Below are positions 1-8,667 of a stretch of 55,833 nucleotides of DNA, in pieces. Location of the stretch: the NCBI GenBank assembly GCA_001800815.1, contig MGWC01000018.1:1-55833 (forward strand), written 5' to 3'. The notes under the pieces are model-generated. The model did not search any database, had not been told where the DNA came from, and saw only the letters and a program-made list of their open reading frames with translations. The DNA comes from Euryarchaeota archaeon RBG_19FT_COMBO_56_21 (lineage in GTDB: Archaea; Thermoplasmatota; Thermoplasmata; UBA10834). How positions within the stretch are numbered: position 1 is the first letter of the stretch; every line of letters begins with the position of its first letter. The position numbers and the translations under genes were made by a program.

Positions 1-48
1 CTATGGCGGTCTCCGACCTATTGAAGCCCGAGCTTCCTCTCGCTGCTG

Positions 49-243
49 GTGTGTGTGGTCGCCGGCGAGATCCTGGCGCTGGGGGAACCGCTCGCAATGA
101 TCGCGGACTCTGCTGTCGCGTACTTCTATCTCAGCTTGTACAGGAGCAGAGAGATTGGGGAAGGTCGGAGAAACATACGATTCCTGTACCTGACGATGGT
201 TTCATTCGTCATCGCATTCATCGTCAGTACGGCGGTCTGGTAG
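49..243 (+). CDS. Small hydrophobic membrane protein, probably the 3' part of a gene cut by the window edge or frameshifted
   Basis: Two hydrophobic stretches (VVAGEILALG..., FLYLTMVSFVIAFIVSTAVW). The frame is closed upstream by TGA at 22-24, so the true start is unclear. Confidence 0.4.
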   Translation: MCVVAGEILALGEPLAMIADSAVAYFYLSLYRSREIGEGRRNIRFLYLTMVSFVIAFIVSTAVW

Positions 244-382
244 TCGGCTGCACTGCCTTGCATGGCCAGGTGATACATACCTCCGGTTCATAGAGCCGCC
301 AGGTACCGTTATCAACTACGAGAACTCAGACTGAGAACATAAATAGCCCCGTCCAGGATAACACACACACCCAGGTGGGCAC

Positions 383-823
383 ATGGGATTCCTAGATAAG
401 ATGAAGTCAGTCGGGACCGCCATGACAGGCGGAGCCGCGAAAGTGAGCCTCGAATACCCGCACCAGATGTTGAAACCGGGCGACTCTATCAATGTGAAAG
501 TGACCGTCGTATCGATGGGCAAGGAGGTCAAGTCAGGCGGTGTCTTCGTGGATATTCATGCAACCGAGGTCGGTGAAGTGAAGTGCAAGACATGCCAGAA
601 GATGGTGGGTATCCGCAGCGAGACCGTGAAGCAGGCGATCAACATCGCCCCAGCGTTCGTGCTCCAGCCGAACGAATCCAAGACCGTCGAGTCAACTATC
701 CAGATACCGATGGGGCAGCCGACGTACCACGGCACGGTGAGGAATGAGTGGAGCATCAGGGGAAGACTCGACGCATTCGGGAACGATCCTGACTCGGGCT
801 TCCAGGTAATCGAAGTGAGATAG
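383..823 (+). CDS. Spo0M-like / arrestin-fold protein
   Basis: N-terminus MGFLDKMKSVG..GGAAKVSLE and an all-beta pattern typical of Spo0M-like proteins; host-like codon usage. Confidence 0.6.
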   Translation: MGFLDKMKSVGTAMTGGAAKVSLEYPHQMLKPGDSINVKVTVVSMGKEVKSGGVFVDIHATEVGEVKCKTCQKMVGIRSETVKQAINIAPAFVLQPNESKTVESTIQIPMGQPTYHGTVRNEWSIRGRLDAFGNDPDSGFQVIEVR

Positions 824-860
824 AACCGATCTCCGACTGATACACTTCTGAAGATTCAAG

Positions 861-882
861 GCCGGGATCTGTGGATCCCGGC
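861..882 (+). terminator. Perfect 9-bp hairpin followed by pyrimidine/T tracts, candidate terminator
   Basis: GCCGGGATC-TGTG-GATCCCGGC, 38 bp after the stop at 823, followed by CCCCTTTTCTC and a T6 run. Confidence 0.4.
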
Positions 883-962
883 GAACAACCCCTTTCTCGA
901 CCGGAGCTTTTTTCAAGTAATCGTCAATCTCTCCCTCGACGTCTCAAGAGAAGGGGCCGAGT

Positions 963-1286
963 ATGTCGCGAGCTTCCAGAATGAGAAGAGAGAAGCGGAC
1001 CGTGCGAGCGATGGTTCGAATGTACTGCAGTCATCATCACGCGAGTCCATCCAATCTCTGCTCAGACTGCGATAAGCTGATCAAGTACTCGGAAACACGA
1101 GTCGATAGGTGTGTCTACAAACAGTCAAAGCCGACCTGTGCAAAGTGCCCGATACACTGCTACGAGCCATTGTCCAGGGAGAGGATGAAGGCCGTCATGC
1201 GCTACACTGGCCCACGGATGCTGTACACTCATCCATATCTGGCCATTGCACATGCCCTCGACTCTGCTAGGAAACCGCGCAAGTGA
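963..1286 (+). CDS. YgbA / nitrous oxide-stimulated promoter family cysteine-rich protein
   Basis: MVRMYCxxHH..LCxxCxxL..Y...R..RC...KPTCxxCPIHCY...R..M..VMRYxGPRML..HP family pattern. Confidence 0.85.
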   Translation: MSRASRMRREKRTVRAMVRMYCSHHHASPSNLCSDCDKLIKYSETRVDRCVYKQSKPTCAKCPIHCYEPLSRERMKAVMRYTGPRMLYTHPYLAIAHALDSARKPRK

Positions 1287-1424
1287 CAGTACATGAACCT
1301 AGACCCTCACCGTATTATCTAGAGGGAACGCAATAGAAGTAGCGAAGTGGGGAGGGCTACGAACCCCTCGAAATGCTAGCTCTTGGACAACAACGCAACT
1401 TACTGATGAGAGAGTGATCAAGCC

Positions 1425-2897
1425 GTGCAGGGACTTGCAGGGTGTTATGGCGAGTGCGACCGACAGCTGGTCCAGCGCATGCTGGATAGGATAAGGCACC
1501 GGGGACCAGACGCGTTCAAGATCGTCGAGGCCGACGGCGTTGTTTTGGGCTCGAGAGCTCTGGCCAGACATCTCGGAGGCAAAACGCGATGCGCGGCTGA
1601 GGAAGACGGAGTGGTGGTAACGGCTGATTCCTACATCTACAACAAGTCGGAGCTTCTTCAGGAATATTTCGGCTCAAAGGCGGAGCCAGCAATCACTGAT
1701 GTTGAGCTGCTCCTAGAGATGTACCGGTCTGCCGGTCTGGATATGTTTGGCCTGATCGACGGTGCCTACGCGATTGCGATAGTCGACGGCTCGAAGCTCG
1801 TTCTTGCAAGAGACCGATTCGGGATAAAACCGCTCTATCATTCAGGCAGTAGCAAGAACGGCTCGTACTCTTCTGAGATGAAGTCTCAGGTCGCAGCTGG
1901 ATCTGACTTCGCACCATTCCCTGCAGGCAAGATCTTCGTGCAAGGGCAGGGAATGAAGAACATAGGAGACCTACCCGCGAGGCGGACATCGGACAAGGAG
2001 AAACCTGAGGATGCCCTCAGGAGGCTGGCACTCTCTAGTACAGATCAATGCGTCGAGAATTCCGATTCCGTAAACATTCTGCTGGACGGAGGAATCAACA
2101 GCAGCGCCATTGCTGCCGCAGCCTCCTTTACAACAGTGGACATTGACACGGTTTGCGTGGGACTTGCGGAGAGCGAGGAACTCGAGCTGGCGAGGCAGGT
2201 CGCCGCGCATCTCGGGACGAGCCACATGGAGAGAGTGTTCGAACAAGAGGACGTGCTCCAAACACTTGACGAGGCGATATATGCAGTGGAAAGCTTCGAT
2301 TTCCCCCAGGTCAGGAATTGCATTCCGGACTACATGGCCGCTCATCTCTTCTTACACCCCAACAGAACAACGCTTGTGGGCGAAGGAGGAGATGAGATTT
2401 TCGCAGGTTATGACTACCTGAATACAATCAAGTCAGATTCGAAACTCAGGAACGAGAGGGCAAGGATACTAGCATCTGGGTCGTCGACGAGTTACCAACG
2501 AGTTGACAGAGTGAACGCTTCCGCCTGCCTTGACGGACGCATGCCATTCATGCAGGCGAGCATTGTGGACCTGGGCCTTGGCCTGGGTCGGAGAGATCTC
2601 ATCGGAGCAGGCCCTAATCAGAACAAACTCGTCCTAAGGAAGGCGTTCGAGAAGCTTCTACCCAAGGACCTTGTTTGGAGACGTGAGCCGAAGCACAGCG
2701 ACGGGGTGAGCTCCATGGGCGTGCTTCGAAACTACGCCGAGGAGGTAATCTCTGACAAGGAGTTCGAAAAGGAACGGAAGGTGCTTCCAAAGGGACGCAT
2801 ACGAACCAAAGAAGAGCTGATGTACTTCAGGAGCTTCCAGAAGTTCTTCCACAGCAAGAGTTGCTACGACGCTGTCGGCCTCACCGAAAGCCTATGA
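1425..2897 (+). CDS. Asparagine synthase (AsnB)-family protein with degenerate catalytic motifs
   Basis: HRGPD, ARDRFGIKPLY, GEGGDEIFAGY, RMPF and KLVLRKAF motifs are present. The N-terminus is MQGLAG (no Cys nucleophile) and the PP-loop reads LDGGINSS. Confidence 0.8.
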   Translation: MQGLAGCYGECDRQLVQRMLDRIRHRGPDAFKIVEADGVVLGSRALARHLGGKTRCAAEEDGVVVTADSYIYNKSELLQEYFGSKAEPAITDVELLLEMYRSAGLDMFGLIDGAYAIAIVDGSKLVLARDRFGIKPLYHSGSSKNGSYSSEMKSQVAAGSDFAPFPAGKIFVQGQGMKNIGDLPARRTSDKEKPEDALRRLALSSTDQCVENSDSVNILLDGGINSSAIAAAASFTTVDIDTVCVGLAESEELELARQVAAHLGTSHMERVFEQEDVLQTLDEAIYAVESFDFPQVRNCIPDYMAAHLFLHPNRTTLVGEGGDEIFAGYDYLNTIKSDSKLRNERARILASGSSTSYQRVDRVNASACLDGRMPFMQASIVDLGLGLGRRDLIGAGPNQNKLVLRKAFEKLLPKDLVWRREPKHSDGVSSMGVLRNYAEEVISDKEFEKERKVLPKGRIRTKEELMYFRSFQKFFHSKSCYDAVGLTESL

Positions 2898-2970
2898 ACA
2901 GAATCATTTCTGATAATCATCTAGAAAACGACTTAAACGGTGGACCTAGATAGTCACGTTCCAGATTCCG

Positions 2971-3369
2971 ATGAAATGCCGGTACTGCGGTCACGTCAAT
3001 CTAGACAATGCGGAGTTCTGCGTAAACTGCGGGAGCAGAATCGCACAGACCTTCGTGGCGGTTGAACCTGGAGCCAGAATCCCTGGATCAAGGCGGAGGA
3101 GCGGAGTCTCCTCATGGTTCAAGGGTTCGGCGATTGGAGGGGTCCTTGGAGTCGTCTTCATCCTGGTCGGCATCCTGTTGATCATAATGTCGATCGGCTC
3201 GTTCTTGGATTCCGCCGGAGGCGCTGGAGACGACCCGCTAGGCACTGCCAAGGACATCCTGGGTGGATTTGGGACTATGATAATCGGAGCCGTCTTGATT
3301 GCCATCGGTGGCACGCTCATCTTCTTCAGCGTGATTGCATTCATCATCGGAGCAGTTGACAGAAAGTAG
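2971..3369 (+). CDS. Zinc-ribbon domain membrane protein
   Basis: N-terminal CRYCG..N..AEFCVNCG followed by two TM helices. Confidence 0.75.
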   Translation: MKCRYCGHVNLDNAEFCVNCGSRIAQTFVAVEPGARIPGSRRRSGVSSWFKGSAIGGVLGVVFILVGILLIIMSIGSFLDSAGGAGDDPLGTAKDILGGFGTMIIGAVLIAIGGTLIFFSVIAFIIGAVDRK

Positions 3370-3462
3370 CGCCCTTAGGCTTTCAGACACCCGAATCGTT
3401 CTTATAGCGCAGACGCGCATCAGCGACGCCAGTAGATCTATCAACTCAAGGGGGAGAGTTAG

Positions 3463-4623
3463 TTGGAGAACACACATAGTAGAGTAGTGGCAACTGGACT
3501 GCTTGTGGTCATTCTCGCGTCGGGCTTCTTCGTGACCATGCCTGCGAGCGGTGTAACGGTTGTAGAGCCAAGTGAATGGACTATCGCTGTATACGGCGAT
3601 GCTGACAACAATCTCGAAGGCGCGTGGGACAAATACACGGACCCAGCTCTTCTGGGAATCCCGACCAACGACAAGGTCAAGGTTGTCGCAGCCTTGGACA
3701 GGTACAGCACTTCTGGAGCCGAGGTGATCGAATACGCCTATGGGACATCGGTAGTCTCGGCGACCTACGATGAGAAGAACTTCGGCGCCTGGGAGACACT
3801 AGTTTGGTTCCTGCAGGACGTCGCTGCAACGTACCCATCAGACAAGCTTGCGGTCATCCTGTGGGACCACGGCGGAGGCTGGTGGGGAGTTTGCTGGGAC
3901 GACACTGATGGCGGGTACATATCCGCGAATGAGCTCCAGAACGCAGTTACCACCGCGGGTGTATACATCGACGTTCTTGGCTTCGACGCGTGCATGATGT
4001 CCAGCGTAGAGGTTGTCTATGGAATGTACCAGACGGGCCTCGTGGGCATGATGGTCGCCTCCGAGCAGCTCGTGCCGTACAATGGCTTCCCATACGACCT
4101 CATGTTCGCGCCTCTGACGGCGAACCCGGAAGAGACGAGAGAACAGGTCGCGGATGACATGGTCGCGGGCTGGGGAATGTACTACGGCAACAAGGGCTGG
4201 GTCGATCTCAGTGCTTTGAACGTGACGATCCTCGGCGAGATCGTGACAGAGGAGTTCACGGCCTGGGTCGGTGCAATGCAGGCTAACCTGATGACGAACA
4301 GCGGCGACTACGCGTTTGCGTTCAAGAAGTCCGAGATGGTCAAGAGATGGTACATCTGTGACGTGAACATATTCGCGAACACGATGCTCGCGGACAGAGA
4401 TGTAGCGGACCCAGCATTGAGGGACGCCACCATGGCGCTCAAGGCGGCGGTCGATCTCGGCGTGAACCTGCAGAGCGGCGGAGGGAAGACCCAGCTGTCT
4501 GGAATCACTTTCTGGTTCGGGATCGGCTCCGAGTACACGAACTACGGCCCGATGTACCAGACGCTGTCGTTCGCGGGCGACACGGGATGGTACGACTTCG
4601 TGTCTGCGTTCAACGCGCTGTGA
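3463..4623 (+). CDS. Secreted clostripain-family (C11) cysteine peptidase
   Basis: Signal peptide; WTIAVYGDADNNLE, LWDHGGGW (catalytic His), GFDACMM (catalytic Cys). Confidence 0.85.
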   Translation: MENTHSRVVATGLLVVILASGFFVTMPASGVTVVEPSEWTIAVYGDADNNLEGAWDKYTDPALLGIPTNDKVKVVAALDRYSTSGAEVIEYAYGTSVVSATYDEKNFGAWETLVWFLQDVAATYPSDKLAVILWDHGGGWWGVCWDDTDGGYISANELQNAVTTAGVYIDVLGFDACMMSSVEVVYGMYQTGLVGMMVASEQLVPYNGFPYDLMFAPLTANPEETREQVADDMVAGWGMYYGNKGWVDLSALNVTILGEIVTEEFTAWVGAMQANLMTNSGDYAFAFKKSEMVKRWYICDVNIFANTMLADRDVADPALRDATMALKAAVDLGVNLQSGGGKTQLSGITFWFGIGSEYTNYGPMYQTLSFAGDTGWYDFVSAFNAL

Positions 4624-4673
4624 CGCCCGAAGACGAAAACCCTTTGGGCACGGGTCCACTGAGGACCCGGAGC

Positions 4674-5174
4674 TCACTTCTTTTTCGGCAAGCTCTCCTT
4701 GCCAGACATGCTGAGGACCTGGATCCTGCCTATGCAGACCTTCTCCAGAGAACTCTGTTGGATCAGCTGCTTCTTGGCCTTCTCGGGATGATGCTCGTAG
4801 CTCTCAATCATCGCTTCCAGCGCCCTCCTCCTCTCCGAGAGGTCATCTAGGAATGTGACCCTGCCCTCGAACATGACCGACCTGTATCCGTATTCGCACT
4901 CGCCCTCGACGTACCCGAGGTCTTCGATAACCTGCCCACAGACGAACGGGTTGGCGCTCAGAGTATCGATCTTCCTCCCTCCCCTGGCGCAATGGAAGTA
5001 GAAGCAATTCTGACGCGGATCGAAGGCGTAGTTGAGAGTGACCATGTATGGTTTGTCGTCCTTGCACATGGCAAGCGTCAAGTAGCTCTGGCCCCTAATC
5101 ACCTCCAGCATCTCGGCCTCTGACTTCATTGCTAGCTCAGAGCGCCTCATGTGATACGCTTCCATTCCAATCAT
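4674..5174 (-). CDS. Pyridoxamine 5'-phosphate oxidase-like / NimA-type flavin-binding protein
   Basis: LAMCKDDKPYMVTLNY, FYFHCARGGRKID.L..NP.VC and YRSVMFEG motifs. Confidence 0.85.
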   Translation of the reverse strand: MIGMEAYHMRRSELAMKSEAEMLEVIRGQSYLTLAMCKDDKPYMVTLNYAFDPRQNCFYFHCARGGRKIDTLSANPFVCGQVIEDLGYVEGECEYGYRSVMFEGRVTFLDDLSERRRALEAMIESYEHHPEKAKKQLIQQSSLEKVCIGRIQVLSMSGKESLPKKK

Positions 5175-6586
5175 CCATCCTTCTGGGTGTGTTCGTGACG
5201 ATGTGGTTCCGGCTCGAAGTTCACTGGTTTCAGCGCTCCGAAGGCTGATGCTAAGGCTTCAGTCAAGGTCGGATGTATGATCTGCGCGCGCGCGAGCGGC
5301 ATGTACGTCTGAGCCTCGGAGTTCATCAGGTTGACCACCTGCTGAACCAAGATAGACGCTTGGGGCCCAGCGACAGTAGCACCTAGTATCTTACGCGATG
5401 GAGACTCGACAATCACCTTGACGAACGCCTCCTCGTCAGCGTACGCGTAACCCATCGCGGTATCGTAGAATCTTGAGAACCCGACCATGATCTTCCTGCC
5501 TATTCTCGCATCGTTCTCGGTCATGCCGACCTGACCAACCTGGGGGTCGGTGAAGACCGCATGGGGTACTGCGTGCAGGTCGACTGTCACCTTCTTCTCA
5601 GCGAACATGTTGTATCTCACTATCGAGGCCTCATAGTTGGCAGTGTGGCGATACATGTTCCTGCCAAGAGCGTCGCCAAGGGCGTAAATGTTGGGCTTAG
5701 ACGTCTCGAGGAACTGGTTTGTCCGAATCCAGCCCTTGTCGTCCGTATTGACACCCGTTTTCTCTGGCTTCACCCAATCCGAGTTGGATTGAACGCCAGT
5801 GGCCACTAGCAGGTGCTGGGAATCGACAGTCTTCACCCCGGACTGCGGATCCCGAATGGTCACAGAGATCATGCCGTCCCGGCCTTCCACACCCAGCGTG
5901 TCGGTGGCTGTGTGGACCTCGACATGGCTGGAAAGGCGCTTCTTGACCAGGGCACTCGTCTCAGGTTCCTCATGCGGGAGCAGAACGGGGTTTCTGCCCA
6001 CGAGCGTCACCTTAGTCCCGATAGCGGAGAAGAAATGTGCGAACTCGCATCCGATGTAACCTCCTCCGAGTATCACGATGCTCTCCGGCCGTTCCTCGAT
6101 ATTGAACACCGTTCTGTAGGTATGGTACTTGACCTTGTCTAGACCTGGAACTGGAGGTATCTGTGCCCTGGCACCAGAGGCGATCACGATTCTCGGTGCC
6201 TTGATGGTCTCGCCTCCTACCTGCATCGTGTAGTCCGAAACGAAGCTCCCGATAGAAGTGTACAAATCGATCTCTCGGACGCTCTTCACACCATTCTCCA
6301 GTTCGTGCCTCCCTGTGAGCACGATGTCCCACATGCGTTTCTTAATCAGAGCATAGTCTGTCTTCTCGACCCGGAGCGATACCCCTGCCTTCTCGGCAGC
6401 CTCCGCTTCGCGAATGCTGTCGGCTGCATGGACCAGTACCTTGGACGGGATGCAGCCCCTGTTGAGACATGTGCCTCCGAGGGGACCTTCTTCGACCAAG
6501 GCAACACGCAAACCCCTCTGGAGCGCAACGTCGACGACATTCATTCCGGCTCCCGTGCCGATCACAATGAGCCCGTATTCCTTCAC
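5171..6586 (-). CDS. Class I pyridine nucleotide-disulfide oxidoreductase (dihydrolipoyl dehydrogenase / mycothione reductase-like)
   Basis: GGTCLNRGCIPSK redox disulfide, ILGGGYIG NAD(P) motif, IYALGD, C-terminal HPTLTE; overlaps the next gene by 4 bp. Confidence 0.9.
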   Translation of the reverse strand: MKEYGLIVIGTGAGMNVVDVALQRGLRVALVEEGPLGGTCLNRGCIPSKVLVHAADSIREAEAAEKAGVSLRVEKTDYALIKKRMWDIVLTGRHELENGVKSVREIDLYTSIGSFVSDYTMQVGGETIKAPRIVIASGARAQIPPVPGLDKVKYHTYRTVFNIEERPESIVILGGGYIGCEFAHFFSAIGTKVTLVGRNPVLLPHEEPETSALVKKRLSSHVEVHTATDTLGVEGRDGMISVTIRDPQSGVKTVDSQHLLVATGVQSNSDWVKPEKTGVNTDDKGWIRTNQFLETSKPNIYALGDALGRNMYRHTANYEASIVRYNMFAEKKVTVDLHAVPHAVFTDPQVGQVGMTENDARIGRKIMVGFSRFYDTAMGYAYADEEAFVKVIVESPSRKILGATVAGPQASILVQQVVNLMNSEAQTYMPLARAQIIHPTLTEALASAFGALKPVNFEPEPHRHEHTQKDG

Positions 6587-6698
6587 ACCGATCCCCGACT
6601 CCTAATGGTTTCGGGGGTCAAAAGCGTTCAGACGAAAATCCTCGATGAATCCTGGAAAAAGCTCTAGAGGGTGTACGCAATCTGTCCCATGGATACTG

Positions 6699-8180
6699 AT
6701 GGTCGATTCTCAGGCGGAACTAGTCCATAGCTTCAACATTGACACGGAGCTGTCGCATTCACAACTCATGGCCTTTCCCAAGTTCATCCGCGAGCACATG
6801 ACCTTCGGAGCGCTCCCTGGCGTCAAGATGAGCGATCCAGAGGCGTATGCATCCTCCGGCGGGCACTACATGGAATTCAAGTCGGGGCCACAGAGGAAGG
6901 ACTACGCATGCACTGTGCGAGTCTATCTGGAGCGACCAATCAAGGTAGAGCTGCGGTCATCCATGGGAAGAGATCAGGAATTCGAGAAGCAGCTCGAGAA
7001 TGTCCTCTTGATGGTGGTTCAGTTCTTCGAAGAGGAGGCCAGGAAATCCACTCTGTATGTGGCGTTCATGCCCGGGAGCCCGAAAACGGCCCAGCTGAGG
7101 CAGAGGACTTCCGGAATCCGCAACATATTCATGGGCAACATGATCAGCCTCCTGTTTATCTCCATACTCATCGGAGTTGCCGTCCTCTTGATAATGACCG
7201 CAATTGGCTATGCCAGGTACGCCCCCATCGTCATGATTGTTCTGATGCTGACTTTGGTGCTCTCCGCAGGCAAGATATCGTCGCTCGGGACCCCATGGAG
7301 AATCACAAGGAACTCCCGCGAGGTCGTTATCGTTCAACACCAAGTGCCTGAGGGCGCCCTACAGTTCTATGTAGGCGAGTACAGGGATAAGATCAGGGCC
7401 GCGAAGCAGAGCCTGTACGCGATGTTCGCAGGGAATCCAGGAGAAATCAAGCAAGAGACTGTCGCGAAAGAGTTTGTAAGAGCTGGGATTCCTGTGGACA
7501 AGAACGACTTCCTCGTCCGAAGGGTAGACGTCTACGGCATGGTTGAACGGGTGGCGCAGAAATTCGACCTGTCGATACCCACGATAGTCGTAAGCCACGA
7601 CCCGAGACCAAACGCAGCGGCCACGGGGTTCACGAAGCAACTCGCGACCATGATAGTCACAATGGGACTGCTGGTCCAACTTGACGACGAAGAGATAGAG
7701 CTTGTCATCGGCCACGAATTGAGCCACCTGCGCTCAGGCGACCCTATCGTGTTGTTCTCGCTGGTGGTCGCCGAGTACTTCGCACGCGTGTACGTCCTGT
7801 TCCCCAAATGGACGGCGCTATCGACGATACCCGGACTATGGATAGTGTATCTAATCGGCGTGTTCTGGGCGATTTTCTTCTTCGGCAAGTTCCTCGAGAG
7901 CAGGGCGGACCTCGAGGCGGCGCTCATACTCCAGAAACCAAAGGTGATGGCCGAATCATTGAAGAAGATAGGCTTCAGAAGACTCGTGCTCGAGGAGCGC
8001 TTCCTCGAGCCAGGTGGGAGCAGGTTGGACGAATGGCTCAGGATGGACCCTCATCCGCCGCTTTACTTCAGGATCCAGAGACTCGAATCACTGGACCTGG
8101 CCAACCCGCCGAAGCACCCGTTCCTGAGCTCGGTCCGTGCGGTCATGTCGGGGTTTGTGAACTCACGCAGAGTCCCTTGA
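6699..8180 (+). CDS. M48/HtpX-family membrane zinc metalloprotease with a long N-terminal extension
   Basis: PNAAATG, GHELSH (HEXXH), ESRADLEAA and HPPLYFRIQRL motifs; several TM helices. The ORF is open from 6645; ATG 6699 is the likely start. Confidence 0.85.
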   Translation: MVDSQAELVHSFNIDTELSHSQLMAFPKFIREHMTFGALPGVKMSDPEAYASSGGHYMEFKSGPQRKDYACTVRVYLERPIKVELRSSMGRDQEFEKQLENVLLMVVQFFEEEARKSTLYVAFMPGSPKTAQLRQRTSGIRNIFMGNMISLLFISILIGVAVLLIMTAIGYARYAPIVMIVLMLTLVLSAGKISSLGTPWRITRNSREVVIVQHQVPEGALQFYVGEYRDKIRAAKQSLYAMFAGNPGEIKQETVAKEFVRAGIPVDKNDFLVRRVDVYGMVERVAQKFDLSIPTIVVSHDPRPNAAATGFTKQLATMIVTMGLLVQLDDEEIELVIGHELSHLRSGDPIVLFSLVVAEYFARVYVLFPKWTALSTIPGLWIVYLIGVFWAIFFFGKFLESRADLEAALILQKPKVMAESLKKIGFRRLVLEERFLEPGGSRLDEWLRMDPHPPLYFRIQRLESLDLANPPKHPFLSSVRAVMSGFVNSRRVP

Positions 8181-8249
8181 AAGCGCCCACCCACAACAGT
8201 TCGTGGAATCCTTGATTACTGGACAAGGTCTTGCTCTCTCGGTGATCGA

Positions 8250-8501
8250 ATGGGGAAGCTAGAGCTGCCTATGCCGGATATGGGCAAGGGCTTGAAGGCT
8301 GCCGCGAAGGATCTGGAGACAAAAATCAGAGCGCATGTGCCCGTTGAGTTCAAGAAGTCCGTCGCTGTGACCGCATTCAAGAGGGGCAAAGCGACAGGCC
8401 TAGCCATAGAGTACGACGACCGGGCTGAGAACCACGTCTACGCCGCGATCGAGTACCCTGTCGGAGGCGGCAAGGGAGAATCCGTCGATCCGAGCCGCTG
8501 A
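8250..8501 (+). CDS. Small hypothetical protein
   Basis: 83-aa ORF with host-like codon usage; no family recognised. Confidence 0.65.
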   Translation: MGKLELPMPDMGKGLKAAAKDLETKIRAHVPVEFKKSVAVTAFKRGKATGLAIEYDDRAENHVYAAIEYPVGGGKGESVDPSR

Positions 8502-8502
8502 A

Positions 8503-8589
8503 TTACCTCTTCTTGTGCACAGGGCAGGGCCTCCCGAGCCTGCAATACCTGCATTTGTCCTCGGGCACAGGGGGGATGGGCCTGACCAT
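8503..8589 (-). CDS. Putative 28-aa CxxC-x5-CxxH zinc-finger microprotein (below the ORF-track cutoff)
   Basis: Manual translation MVRPIPPVPEDKCRYCRLGRPCPVHKKR*. Strongly GC3-biased codons; its stop lies 1 bp from the convergent stop at 8501. Confidence 0.5.
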   Translation of the reverse strand: MVRPIPPVPEDKCRYCRLGRPCPVHKKR

Positions 8590-8667
8590 GTGGCCGTACT
8601 TGCGTCTGGGAATAATCTCTCCCCCATAGGAGCAAGGTGAAGGTCTTAGATAAATGCACTCCTGGCA

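Noticed and set aside
1-60. In-frame TGA at 22-24 upstream of the first ORF as selenocysteine or readthrough
   Set aside because: No redox motif or SECIS evidence, and the context is truncated. A frameshift near TTGAAGC or a short gene is simpler and cannot be resolved here.
3838-4677. Long alternative ORFs such as 3838-4677(-), 8857-9699(+), 13917-14609(-), 33940-34500(-) and 37222-37848(+)
   Set aside because: Antisense or out-of-frame shadows of well-supported genes in GC-rich DNA, with no recognisable motifs.
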